Source of the DNA: Takakia lepidozioides
Lineage: Eukaryota; Plantae; Bryophyta
Length of the DNA: 64,000 nucleotides
Assembly: GCA_030704615.1 (NCBI GenBank)
Contig: CM060731.1
Location: forward strand, 87,668,001-87,732,000
Direction of reading: 5' to 3'
Part shown: positions 50,795-63,264 of the stretch, piece by piece
Layout of the letters: each line of letters starts with the position of its first letter
How positions within the stretch are numbered: position 1 is the stretch's first letter
Notes under the pieces: model-generated
What the model was told of the DNA's origin: nothing
Databases searched by the model: none
The model's input: only the letters and a program-made list of their open reading frames with translations
Program-made: the position numbers and the translations under genes

Positions 50795-51689
50795 CATCAA
50801 CTTGAGGGACTGCTTCCACAATCTCGGTCTATTTCAGCGGTGATCGACGTATTTCACTGGTGTCGGCTTTATGGTGTGACATTTTCATCCCACCGATTCC
50901 CTTTCGAAACTTGCGCGCACGCACATATCCCCCCAAACTCTCCTCCTCCCACTAGGAAAGCGGAGACCAGCTTTGTCAATTTCTGATCGAAGAGTAGTTC
51001 TACTGAATGGGTATGGAACTATATGCTTGATTGGTGGAGGATCATTTCCACACATTCGAAGCATTGGATATGGACGGATGGCATGCTGTGGTCATGGACT
51101 GAGGACAAAAACCTTGAGAAAACAAACAATATGGAAACGAAGGATCATGAGCAGTTGGAGGAGTGGAATAGCAGTAGGTCTCACAGAAAACCGTGTTCGA
51201 AATCAATTGAGAATGCAGACAGATTCAAGAACAACTGGGAGAGATGGGGAACGAGAGCACAACAAAAGCCGCGGTCCATACAGAACTTTCTAGGAAAACA
51301 GAGACAGATCAACTGATGGAAAATCTGGAAGGGGGAAAAAAAAAAAAGGATCCCACACAAGAAGCCGACTCGTTAGAAGACATGAGTGCATGGATGAGAT
51401 CCATGGCTATTGTGAGCACGTAGCAGAACCTGACATGGCCTTCTCCACATCGGACACTGGCCTGCCGACGCCGGCTCCAACGTATTCCACTTCACGGCAG
51501 CATTGTTCAAACCAGTATAAATAAGAAACTTGGCATCCGACCACGACCAGCCAGCCGGCAAAGTCGAGGCCGCCACCCGATCACTCAAATCGTCGGGCAG
51601 ACAAGGCTTGACAAAATGAGTTCTCTGAATTTGCATGCGCGAGAGCGGGAGAGTAGGGACCGGTCATCCCGACCTACTCTTGCAGCAGG

Positions 51690-53420
51690 CGCACTCGCAG
51701 TATTGTTGAACACTTGGTGAGCATCCCTGATGTTCCGGCACTTAACATACAGGTTGACAAGGGTGTTGAGTAGAAAAACATTTGGCGTGAATCCACTTTG
51801 GATAATGTGAGTGTGCACCTGCTTTCCAGCTTCGAGACCGTCCATCTTGATGCACTTAAGCAAGAGACAGACACATATTTGAATCTGCTGAAATGCCTCC
51901 TTGGTTTAGAGTCTGTAGAGCCTCTGTCAGGCTGTCACTTAAAGTATCTTCACATGCCCAGAAGTGCCAGAAGAGGCATTGTGGACTCCCTCTCTTGATC
52001 CTCTTTCAGAAGCTGTGGTCATGGTTGAGGTGCCTGATTTTATCAACTGTGCCGTTGCAGCTACTGCCTTTAGTTGACCATCTACCCATGCAGGTTTCTT
52101 ATAGCTACTGACCCCCACATGGAATCAAGGTAATCTGGAGCTTGAAGTCCAGCCCCCTTGGATGAATCTGGACCCACACTCTATCCATGCTCATTCAGGA
52201 AAAAAATAGGGAAAAATTCTGATAACAGGGAAAAACGGGCTGAAATGTGTTGAAGAAGGTACCTTCATTAGCAGCGCCTTGTTCTATCAAATGCATTGCT
52301 GCCGCTGCTGTTTCCAGTTGACCATCTACCCACGCAGCTTTCTTGTAGCTATTGATCCACAAGGAATCAGAAGTAATCTTGTGTTTAAAATCGACCTCTT
52401 GGATGAATCGTGTTCCACGACACCACCTTGTTCAGCCATAGTGTTGAACACTCCCTCCGCATCCTCAATGCTCCCACAATGGCATACATGTCCACAAGGG
52501 TATTGTTAATAATCAGATCTGGTACAATTCCAGCTTTGGTGATGCAACCATGCACCTCTTTGCCCTTTTCTAGGGCTGCAGGCTTGCACACGCACTGCAA
52601 ACGCACACAAACATGATGTGGTCGAGCTTCACCCCTTCCCCCATCATCTGCTTTCAGGTCTCCAAAGCCCCATCTCGCGCTCTTACTCTGCACACCCTGC
52701 AAGCATCGCGTTCCACGACACCACATCTCATTCAGCCATAGTGTTGAACACTCCCTTGGCATCCTCAATGCTCCCACATTTGGCATACATGGCCACCAGA
52801 GCAATGTTCAAGATGACAAATTTTGGCACAATTGCAGATTTGATGATGTCACCAAGGATCTCTTTGCCTTTTTCCAGGGCTGCCATACGCACTGCAAACT
52901 TATACAAACGTTATGTCGGCGGCCTTCACCCCTTCCCCCATCATTTGCTCAAAGGTTGGAGCCTCCATCCCGCACCCCTGCTGTGCATACCCTGCAAGCA
53001 TCGCACTCCACAACACCACATCTCGTTCAGCCATAGAGTTGAACACTAATCCCTTATCCTCGATGCACCCACATTTGGCTACATGTCCACCAGGGCAGGG
53101 GCAGTGTTCAGAATGACATCTGGTAATCTGATAGGCATTCACCTTTTTGCCTCGGTTGTCCCACCATTGTCTGGGGTCAGAAAAATATTCATTCCACAAC
53201 TTCTCCTCGTCTTTGTTACCTGTTTCTGGATACTTTCTTGTTGTCACATTGGCAGTATCATGTCAAAGTCATTCCAAACTATCCTAGATTCACTCAACCA
53301 GCTAACTTGCATAATTCAACATGAAAATTTAGGGCCGATTCTGATAGGAGAGGAAAACAGGGTGAAATGTGTTGAAGAAGGTGCCTTCATCAGCAGTGCC
53401 TGATTTTATCAATTGTGCAG
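51690..53420 (-). pseudogene. Shuffled PLS-PPR gene fragments plus an OSB/PDF-like motif
   Basis: KMDGLEAGKQVHTHIIQSGF...NTLVNLY, ALEKGKEVHG...NNTLVDMY and RDVVLWSAMLAGYAQQG, all close to the 43.9-44.6 kb copy; LWNEYFSDPRQWWDNRGKK at 53130-53230. Confidence 0.8.
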
Positions 53421-53429
53421 CTATTGCAA

Positions 53430-54493
53430 TCTGAAGACAGTATTCATTTTCTGATACACTATCCGGGGCTCTCACATTGATAACAGGTGTATGTTGAAGG
53501 TTGCAATGACCAAAAGTGCTTCTAATAGAGTCCCACATCAATTCAATCTCAAAGTAGTTCGTCCCTTGATTGGCTGGAGAGCGGTCTTACACATTGGTGA
53601 TTCAATGGGGCGCTCTAGGAAGACAACCAAGGGCAAGGACTTCAACTGTAGGTGACCAAGTGCAGTGGACTCGTGAGAAATCCCAAACCCTAAACGTTCC
53701 ATTGTGGACTATATCATAATGGACAAAAATTTGTTCCCCCAGTGTGCCAATGTGTTGATCGACAGAACTAATATTGGTACCTCTGACCACTTCATGGTTT
53801 GGACTGAGATCAAAAGGTGTTTTCCCAACACCAGAGTAGAAAAGATTCTCAAGGACCTGCACCTGGATCCGCAAGTCTTGACCCTGCTGGATAAATCCGA
53901 CTTAGAGGCTGCAGTGTCCAAAGCCATGTCTGTTGCTATGAGATTGTCTGATGAAAATGAAGTTAGGCAGAAAACTTCCCTAAACTTGTTTCCAGTCAGT
54001 GACATGGGGAAGGACATCTTGGATGACCTCAAGGGTCCACCCACTCTCGGCACTAGACTGAAATTTAAACTCAGGACAGGAAGCCTACCTTTGAACAGCA
54101 AACAGAAGTAGAGAGGAAAGGGAGAGTGCACTTCCCATTGTGTGGGCAATCTGAAGACAATATTCATTTTCTGATACACTGTCCGACCAAAAGTGCTTCT
54201 AATAGAGTCCCACATCAATTCAATCTCAAAGAAGTTCATGCCTTGACTGGCTTGAGAGCGGTCTTACACATTGGTGATTCAATGGGGCGCTCTAGGAAGA
54301 CAACCAAGGGCAAGGACTTCAACTGTAGGTGACCAAGTGCAGTGGACTCGTGAGAAATCCCAAACCCTAAACGTTCCATTGTGGACTATATCATAATGGA
54401 CAAAAATTTGTTCCCCCAGTGTGCCAATGTGTTGATCGGCAGAACTGATATTGGTACCTCTGACCACTTCCTGGTTTGGACTGAGATCAAAAG
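53430..54493 (+). mobile_element. Tandemly duplicated chimeric LINE fragments (endonuclease piece plus C-terminal CCHC piece)
   Basis: IVDYIIMDKNLFPQCANVLI...SDHF occurs twice (near-identical to 27540-27715, minus strand); KLRTGSLPL and PLCGQSEDNIHFLIHCP. Confidence 0.85.
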
Positions 54494-55224
54494 ATGACCT
54501 CTTGTGTGTGCATACTTGTCTGTAGTCAGGTAACGACGGATTGGTCAGTGAGAACCACCACGGTGCAGCTGAGCACGGCCTGCTTAGAACAAGCTGACTC
54601 TCCCAAGAACCTTGTAAACATCTGGAAGAATACCAAATCAGGTACTAACAGGAGGCAAGAGCCCGCAATAGCAGGATGGAAAAAAATCTTCACATCGTAC
54701 CTTAAGAAAACGCCACACCTTGCAATTGCAGTTGTCCCACCATTGTCAATCTTCTAAAAACTCATGCCAGGTCTGCTCAGTGCTGCAAATTCAGGGCCGA
54801 CTCTGATGAGAGGGCAAGACAGGCTGAAATAGGTCAAAGAAGAAGGTGCCCTCACCACATTGTCCTTGACCTTGTGTCATGACCCATGGAGGATTTGCCC
54901 TCCCATCAACCCAAAAGGATCGCTTCCCTAAACTCTCCCCTAAACCTTGTAAACATCAGGAAGAATACCATGCCCTGTGGAGAGGAGAGGAGGGAAAAGA
55001 GAAAGCCCGCGGAAGGGAAGGCGAACGTGGGAGAGGAGTGGAGAGGAGATGAGAGGAGGAGAGGGAAAAGAGAAAGCGGCGGGAGGGAAGGGGAGAAAGA
55101 TCGCGGAGAGAAAAAAAAAAAAAAAAAACAAAACAAAACAAACAAAAAGATGAGCTCGCGATTTGCTCCCGCGGTGCATCGCGGCCAAAACGTCGCTCTT
55201 ACCACTACACTACCCCTTAAAACA

Positions 55225-55366
55225 CAACAACCCCCTCCTGTAAAATTATATTTAAGGTGTTTTAAACCCCCCTCTGTATGTATAATGTTGTACATGGGGG
55301 GTTTAAAATACCCCCTCCTGTGCACGCACGTGGCTGGTACATTTAATGAGGAGTGCACCCCCCAGG
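55225..55366. mobile_element. Terminus B of the Pack-type TIR element, followed by GGTTGCAT (reverse complement of the TSD) at 55367-55374
   Basis: Same 16-bp terminus and CCCCCTCCTGT subterminal repeats as 45400-45594. Confidence 0.8.
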
Positions 55367-55489
55367 GGTTGCATGAAGAAAACAAATGAATTTGGATAGT
55401 CAATTAATTCCATGAATATCCTTGTTTTTCAAAGCTTACAACTTGGAGCAGAATACAGGCCTGAGCATCTCGATAGAGGACCTCCGACC

Positions 55490-56655
55490 ACCTACGCCGG
55501 CGCATATGACACATATGTGTAACCAACTCAGAATTTGACAAGCTTTGAGGCCCTTGAAGAAATTTTTGCTCAAGGAGCTCCAAGCATATGCGCCGGCGCA
55601 TACCATGGAAGGGAGGTTGTAGCCAAACATACATGAGCACCTTGAAAGATCAAACCAGGCCTATGGAAGCATGTGGAGTTGTGGAGGTGGCAACGTAGAA
55701 GCTTTGAGATACTTGAATACTATGATCAACCAAAATAGGGAAGGTTCCCCAAGCGTCTGCGCCGACGGAGGTGGCAGCCTTGACACTTTGGAGCTTACGT
55801 AACACAAAGAATATACAACAAAAAACCAAGCTCCAAGCATCTCCGCCGGCGGAGATGCTTGCACGAGGTTCTTGAAACCTAGGAGCTGAGCAAAAAAAGA
55901 TTGTGCTCAATGGGTATGCGCCGGCGGATATGGCAGCCCAGCCCGCTCGGAGCATCAACAACTTATGAGAATGCGGAGAAACAAGGAGATGGAAGGGGGG
56001 GAGAACTTCCTGAAATATGTGAGCAACCCTGCTCCACGGGTCTGCGTTGACAGAGGTGACAGCCTTGGCGCTTTGGAGCTTCCGTAACACAGGGAATATG
56101 CAAAAAAAACCAAGCTCCAGTGTCTCCGCCGGCGGAGATGCTTGCAGGAGGTTCCTGAAACCTATGAGCTAAGCAAAAATGAATGTACTCAATGGGTATG
56201 CGCCGGCGGATGTGCCAGCCCAGCCTGCTCGGAGCATCAACAACATTTGAGCATGCGGAAAAACAAATGAGAGGGAAAAGGGGAGAACATCCTGAAACAT
56301 TTGAGCAGCCCTGCTGCACGGGTATGCGCCGGCGGATACGCCAGCCCAACCCGCTCGGAGCATCAGGAACGTATGAGCATGCGAAAAAATAAACGGGATG
56401 GGAGTGGAGGAGCACTTCCTGAAACATGTGAGCATCCCAGCTCCAACGGTATGCGCCGGCGGAGGTGGCAGCCCAGCCCTTCCAAGCATCAGAAAAAACC
56501 AAGGGGAATGAGCTGTTTCCGCCGGCGGAGACGGTTGTGTGTATGTGTGGAGATTCGCAAACTTGTGAGAGTTGAAGTGACTTAGGCATCTGCGTCAACG
56601 GAGGTGCTAGATTAGGAGCAGCTTGGTGGGGCTTATGCGATGGCGCATATGCCTA
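55490..56655. repeat. MULE-2 palindrome array (TATGCGCCGGCGCATA / ATCTCCGCCGGCGGAGAT), about 12 copies
   Basis: CGCCGGCG or a close variant at 55495, 55591, 55760, 55844, 55919, 56045, 56127, 56201, 56327, 56454 and 56520. Perfect 26-bp palindrome AAGCATCTCCGCCGGCGGAGATGCTT at 55835-55860. Confidence 0.93.
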
Positions 56656-56693
56656 AGTGCAGGTCATGAAATCGAAACAAAACTGCAGCTTAC

Positions 56694-56771
56694 CTTCTTC
56701 GTCCGCAGCTTGCCTCTACCACCACCACCACCAGCAACGCCTCCTCCTCGAGTGTCCTTCTTCCTCTCCAT
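56694..56771 (-). CDS. Candidate first coding exon of ParB-MTase copy 2 (MERKKDTRGGGVAGGGGRGKLRTKK)
   Basis: ATG at 56771 and donor AAG|GTAAG at 56693. The inverted TSD links this minus-strand segment to 45603 onward. Confidence 0.4.
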
Positions 56772-57887
56772 CGCCGCAACAGCTCGTTGCCTCGGGGTGG
56801 TATAGTATAAGGCAGAGATGCGGCGCCTCCGTCTCCTCTTCGCAACGGGAGTCTCCAGGGTGTAGAGACTAGAGACGTGTTCAGTGCTTGTATAGTTTGT
56901 GTGTGTTTGTTTGGGGGAGTGGAAGGCAAGGGATAATGTGCAAGTATACTAGACTACATTAGTGTAGTAATGATACCGGGTTAGTCATGTAGTAATGGCA
57001 ACAAGTTTAGCTGAATAGAAACAGTTTATCAACAAAAAAATAGAGGTTGTTGCATTGAATATAGCATGGTTGCGGGTTCAAACCTGCCCCCACCAAGGAG
57101 AGCGGGGGGAAAGGGGGGCGAGGGCGAAGGCTAAGGCCTTAAAAAGGCCAAATTGGCCAAATCTGAAATGTGAACCTTTTTTATACACTCTGGCGTTAGT
57201 GCTTTTTGCTTTTTGACTCAAGCCTGAAAATTTTAATTTTATTTGTCTAGGTTTTTTTCAAACACGTTTTAAAACAAGACATTTTTGTCAATTACACTAA
57301 TGGACTACATGGGTTACACGTGGATCCTCATAAGATGGTTGTACGATTGACATGTTACTTTGTGGGTACAATATAAAGTAAGTGATAAAGTAAATGAACA
57401 TTTTGTTATGGGTGTCTTAATCAATTTATTGGTTTTAGAGTCAATTGTCGCCACAAATACTTGTACTCATTACTCATACATGAGTAATCAAAGAACAAAT
57501 CAACATACATGTCATGGGATTTGATTGTAAATAAATTGTGCCGTCTAGTGTGTCAGTTCATAGTTGGACGATTAATCAACGATTGGTTGTATAATAAATG
57601 GAAACATGCAGAGCATTTATGTTTCATATGCTCATAAGAAGAAGGCAGTACATTGGATTCTAAGATCTCAACAACGGCGTCGTCATCTTAAAAATAGGGG
57701 ATAGTCCATTTAGTTGTTTCTGTCAGAGAGTAATATGGATGGAGCACATGTCTCAAAAAAATTGGACCTTCTGGATTGATGATACACATAAGTAATGTAA
57801 GCCAATTAATGTATTTGCATAAGGTCTTGCAAGATGTGCGCTTTCGTTCATTTTGCATCTCCTCTCAAACTTTGAGGGCATTGCCAA

Positions 57888-59800
57888 ATGTCTACACCAA
57901 AATATGCATTGCTTTCATGTCCACCTGATGTAAAAGTGGTTCGTTATCCTTGCAATGGAAACAAGTGCATTATCCCAGAACCTTGGTTATGCAATAGATT
58001 CAAACTTGTTCCGGGTTCAGTTTTTTTGGAGGATGATGGAGATGATGATGCCTCCACAGTGTTGCTTCCAGTTTTCAATGACGGCCAAAAGCAATGGGAG
58101 TTGTTTCCAGACACTTTCTCCAAGTACCGTGTCACAGATACGAGCTATACACAGTCACATGATGAAAGACACATTTATATTGCAAGGAAGAACGAACAAG
58201 CTGCAACAAATGGGAGTTGTAAATTGAAGGAGGAGGTTGCAGATTCGGCGAGCTTGGGGTCTCATAATTCGGATTGTGTTGAGGTTTCTAAGAGTGTATT
58301 TTGTGGATCTCAACCTTCCTCATCTGCTCATACGGTCTTGCTTCACGACATGAAGCCTCGGAAATCTCCATTGGACAACACCACGTCTGATTATTGCGAA
58401 TCTGCGAGGGGTTTATCTTCATCTCCATGACTAGCAAGGGAGGCTACATCTGCATTTCCTTCTAGTGTGTTGTCCATTTTTAGTATCTTGGCCACTGCTC
58501 GGAGAAATGGATCAAAAGAAGAGCTTCATACCTTGGACTATAGTCACATTCCAGTGCATCGTGTTCGGTGTCTTCCTCGAGCTTTTGATGGAAAAGTGAT
58601 CCACGAACTCCCCCCCGTGGTCAAACTACGTACGGACCGTGGTTCACAGTCCCTCCAAGGCATGGACCGCAAGTTTGATGGTCATCCTTGGTGCAAGATC
58701 AATACCTACAATATGTCTGGTGTTCCAGATCATATGAAATGTAGTAAGGTTCTTTGTGTTGGAAAGCTCATATGTCAAAGCAACACTTGCCCCTTCTTCA
58801 AGAAAGAAGGAGAACGGAATGACCGCTATTGGGAAGGCAATGCAGACAAGGTGTTCATTGCAGGAGCCCAAGTTCCATTCAACCAGTTCAAGTGTAGTTT
58901 ATGCAAAGAAAGACCTTTCTGTGAGGTGCATTGTGGGGCAAGAATGTACTATGTCACAAGTTCCCTTCCAACATATACACGTGCTGCAGTTCACGTTGGG
59001 TTTCATAACCATCCATGTGCCAAGGGCGAGAATAGAGAGGCTGCGGAAAATGCATCAAGCATGATTCAAAAGCACGTTAAGATGAAGCCATGGTCGACCC
59101 CATGAGCTATTTCCTTGGACAAGTCCTGCTTCCATGGTTCGTTGTTCTGCCTTGGTTGGAGTCTCCAAGGATAAATGCAAAACGCTCATCAGGAAAGGTA
59201 AAGGAAGTCCTGCACCTTGCTTCACTGGCAAGTTACTAGCACCGAACATGAAAGAACCAAAACTGCAAGTTTTTTGGTTTTGCCCCACAGATGTTTTGTC
59301 GTGTGTTGGAGGGACCGTGCCATCCTATTGCTTGGGAAAACTGGGTATACCTAACGTGTGGCCTGTGAAGGTTGGAACCAACCTTACACAAGAAGAGGTG
59401 GACAACTTGACCCTTGCAGGTTTTCGACTAGTCCATCCTCCCAACGTTCTTGATCCGAACTTTCCTGTGGGACCACTTCCAGTGGAACAACATATTCATC
59501 AAGGTGTGGCCCTTCCTGTGGGTAAGTATCCCACTACACGCTATGGGGTGCGCATTCGGCGTCGAGATCCGACTCCTCGACACTTGAGTCGCCAAGAGTC
59601 AGTTTCCATCTTGTGATTGTCCCGACTTTGATGAGCTATCTGTCAAGAAGAAAAAACAAACATATCTACCTTGTAAGCACATGTACTTCATGTACAACGC
59701 GCATCTAGGATGCGCCGGGGCTTATGAGATCCACCAACCTTCCCTTAGCCAGTTAGAGGTTAGGGCTATGCTAAAGAAGGACCCTAGTTCAACTTCTTAG
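57888..59800 (+). pseudogene. MULE transposase copy 2, deletion derivative lacking the DDE core
   Basis: Collinear with copy 1: CPP...PC...LC.RF.L.PGSVF; GMDRKFDGHPWC...CVGKLIC...C...CSLC...HCGARMY...HVGFHNH (GCM-like). It jumps at about 59110 to PAPCFTG...FWFC...VWPV...LAGF, then SWIM CDCPDF...PCKHMYF. Confidence 0.85.
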
Positions 59801-60284
59801 TGACACATGAAATGCACAAAAAAAGAACCTCTAACTTGTGCCGTTCATTTTCATGCATGTGACATGTAATTATCTTGTTACTACTTTATTCCAAACATGA
59901 CACATATGCATTTGTTAGTACAGAAGTTCTTATTTTGGCTAAAATGGAACTTGTGTACCTGTCATACAAGTTTTCAAATTAATTTTTTCTCAAACATGAC
60001 ACATATGCATTTGTTAGTACAAAAGACCATATTTTGGTTAATATGAAACTATTTGCCTTGAATACAAGTTTGCAAACTACTACTTTGGCCAGGGATCTTG
60101 TATTCTCTTTAGTTTAAGGTGGTGCATTAGTTGGAGTTAAGGGTCACATGCATCTTTGACCATTGACTACTGATTTTGTTAGCTAAGATTTTTTTTTTTT
60201 TCTATATACATATGATGTAACATTTGCATATGCAATAAATACGTCGTATTCTATGTTATATAACTCTACTGCATACAATCTACA

Positions 60285-60374
60285 ATGTGTGCATACAAAT
60301 TTGTCACATGCATATATAATAATGGATTTTGTGCATGCATGCACGCAACCTGTGCATATGGAATAGCAACCCCC
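60285..60374. mobile_element. Putative MULE-2 terminus (transposase side)
   Basis: Ends CATATGGAATAGCAACCCCC, against MULE-1 CATGAAATAGCAGCCCCC. A further perfect palindrome GGTATGCGCCGGCGCATACC lies beyond it at 60652-60671, so the boundary is uncertain. Confidence 0.5.
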
Positions 60375-61859
60375 TCTAGTATCAGACATCAGTGTCTTCA
60401 TTTCGGGTATAATCAGGCGCATACAAGTTTTCATGACAAAATGAATCTCAGACAACAATTTTCTCAGTGTTTCATTCTGGGTATAAGCAGGCACATACAG
60501 GTTTTCATGCAGGCGAAATGTCTCTCAAACAACAGTGTTTTTTTTTTTACAAAATATATATTTAAAATAATAACAAAATAGGGGACATTGACCAGCAAGC
60601 ATTTGTTTTTTAAATAATATTTACAAAACAGGGGACAGTGGCCTCACATTTGGTATGCGCCGGCGCATACCCGTTTTCATAAAATAAAATGAAATTCCAT
60701 AATTTCTTTTGGGCCAAATCCGAAATCCGAATTTTATTTTATAAATATAGTAAAATTCCATAATTTCGTTTTATAAACAATGAGTGAATGACATAATAAT
60801 AAAAATAGGATTTATTTTGGAATAATATATATTGATATCAGTTTTGAATCTGAATATATATTTTCATATATATATTTATACCTTCATATCAGTTTAAATA
60901 TCCTAGATAATTTTTTATTGAAATGAGATAAAATGATATTTTAAAAATAAATAAAGTAAATATTTAGTCTTTCTGGTCCACTATCTGATCCTGCAAAATA
61001 TGGGTATGAGTTTCTATTTGATTTTAATCATCAAAGTCAGAATGATGATATGGGAAACAGGAACTATCCTTGGATATAGTGTCGCTATTTGTCCCATTTC
61101 TTAATGTTGACGACCCATCGATGGTCATAATCATATATAATTCACATTATGGGCTCACGATTTTCAGCTCACCGCTCACGGTTTAGCGTGGTTTCTTGTA
61201 GTGCTTCAAAAATAGATGTCAACTTTTGGAAACTTTGATAATGTGTATAATCCTTGGTCTAACGTATTGATCTTAGTGCTTGGATGTGTCTCTTTGTGCC
61301 TTGAAAACCATTATTATGGTGGAGGTTAGAAATTTCAAGTCAACTCTTAAGTTTGGATTCATTCACTATTATGGAGTAATGACATTTCACCCATGCGTCT
61401 CCAAGGGCGATTGTGGAGGAAATTCCAAAAGAGGGCAGGAAAGAGTGTCGGCATGCATAGAGGAAGACAGACAACCACAGATACGCGATTATGTACATCA
61501 GGTTCATCCATGAGAGAGGATGCCAAAGAAGCACGACAGATGCCATGAATCCAAATTGTAAGCAGAATGTATGTGCCTGTATTATTGAAGCAGATCTCAA
61601 TGATGTAAGATCACTCAGGTCTATATTCTCAGAAGAAACTCCATCACAAACTGTTAAACCACTTTTGACTGCAATCCAAAGTGGCAATTGACGCACAAAT
61701 CAGACAAACACTTAAATTCAGATACGCTCAATATATGGACCATCAACGCAAACACATTTTTTGGCATTCTCGTCCCCACACTGCCCTCTTTGCTCACACA
61801 CCCACCAGGTGCGAGACACCTGGCCTCACCTCCTCAGCTTGTGTACCCACTCAGTCCGC

Positions 61860-62690
61860 GTATTGTCCCATTCCACCAGCGAGTGTAACCCTCTATCTCA
61901 CGTGCATTCACAGCAAAATATGAGATAACACCCGGATGCCAAACACTTGTCGTTATGTTGTCTCAACGTCTTTTCTGGATTTTTGGACGGGTTTTTTTTC
62001 CCGCTAGCTCCCAACGCTCCGGTATTCTAGAATCGCCAACAATCCTACACTGACGGACCTTAGCATACCCTCCTTCTTTGTAAGGGCCAATCTCTACCAC
62101 CTTCGCACTAGAGTTCAGGTAATAAAGACCAGTTATGCCTCCCCCGCCCGATGACCCCGCCTTCCAAGGGACAACCCTAGTCCAGCGATGTGAATTCTGC
62201 AAGCCCAATACTCAATACGCCGCATTAACTCAGCTTTGGCGGAGGGCACTCGACCCTCGGTTGTTCTACCCTTCCAAGTCTTCATTAGCTGCCTCAAATT
62301 CCACGTAGCGTCTTTCGCCGTGCTTTGGATCCACCGATTGAACTTCGGCTTGTCCCTGTCCGTCGTCCACTTAACCCCGCCAAAGCGTTCGTCATTTTTC
62401 TCTCCATATTCTGCTGGAAAATTTGAAACCCCTCCCATCCATGCCTGACATAAGCACTCTCCAGCCTCATCATGTCCCTACCCGTGAAATAATCCACTAC
62501 CACTTCTTTCACCCTATCCAAGGCATCCGGTCCCGGGTAGTCTGGCTTGTTGACCTGGCTATCCCGCTCGTGGGCATGTCTTCTCTTCCTCCGATCCCCA
62601 GACGACCACGCCCCAGAACTTGAATTCACAACCCCCAACATTGTATAACCTTTGCCCACTACAGGGGACAAAACCTCAGAAAACGACAAT
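61860..62690 (-). pseudogene. Truncated protein-kinase-like gene fragment, possibly transposon cargo
   Basis: EGGYAKVRQCRI...LAGK (subdomain I-II-like) in ORF 61963-62208, then HPGVISYFAV...EGYTRWWNG (subdomain IV-V-like) at about 61865-61940. No catalytic loop or DFG motif seen. Confidence 0.5.
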
Positions 62691-63264
62691 GGACACGTGT
62701 GGATGGTGTCTTCGTAGTTTCTGCAAAAAAACAGGCCGCCAGAGATCCGAAAACGGCAAAATGGTGATACGATGATTGAACCGTGAACAAGGGTGTGGGA
62801 CTGACCAATAAAAAACCGAACCCCCCCATCCCCCCCAAATAATCACCTTTACACCTCCCGTTGGCAGTGCCAAACAACGAAGTCCGAGAGGACTACAAGA
62901 TGCCAAAGAACCACACCACGAGAGGGGCAAAAGTGATCAGAAAAGGAGGGGGGAATGGTTTATATAGGCGCCCACCAGCCCCCCCCCCCCGCAAAATGGC
63001 ATTATGCTTGAAAAGGCGCGACAAGCCAGTGGAGCCAGTGGCGCCTCGTCACGTGTCAGCGCGGCGCGACTGACCAGTCGCACCTCACCACACGTACCCA
63101 CATGGGAGAGGTCAAGGGTTCAAAACCACCTCCCCCCATCCCATTTGTTTCGTTCTTCCTGACCTGTGGCACCTCGCTACGTGGCTGGCCAGGCACTTCA
63201 TGATTTTTTAAAAAAAAAACCCCGTCACACGGCGGGTCCCTAGATTTCCAAAAAAATAAAAAAC

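Noticed and set aside
50800-51690. Assignable gene or LINE 3' end before the poly(A) at about 51336
   Set aside because: The Trp-rich short ORF and poly(A) are suggestive, but no diagnostic motif could be recognised.
55404-56600. Protein-coding ORFs in the MULE-2 array (55650-56090, 55963-56598 and others)
   Set aside because: The repetitive SAGAY/RRRI peptides simply translate the CGCCGGCG palindrome units.
57060-57095. tRNA gene
   Set aside because: Only a T-arm/B-box-like piece and CCA; I could not fold a D-arm or anticodon arm.
50795-60383. TSD pairing the two putative MULE-2 ends
   Set aside because: The flanks CATCAACTT and TCTAGTATC match neither directly nor as reverse complements, so the MULE-2 boundaries remain tentative.
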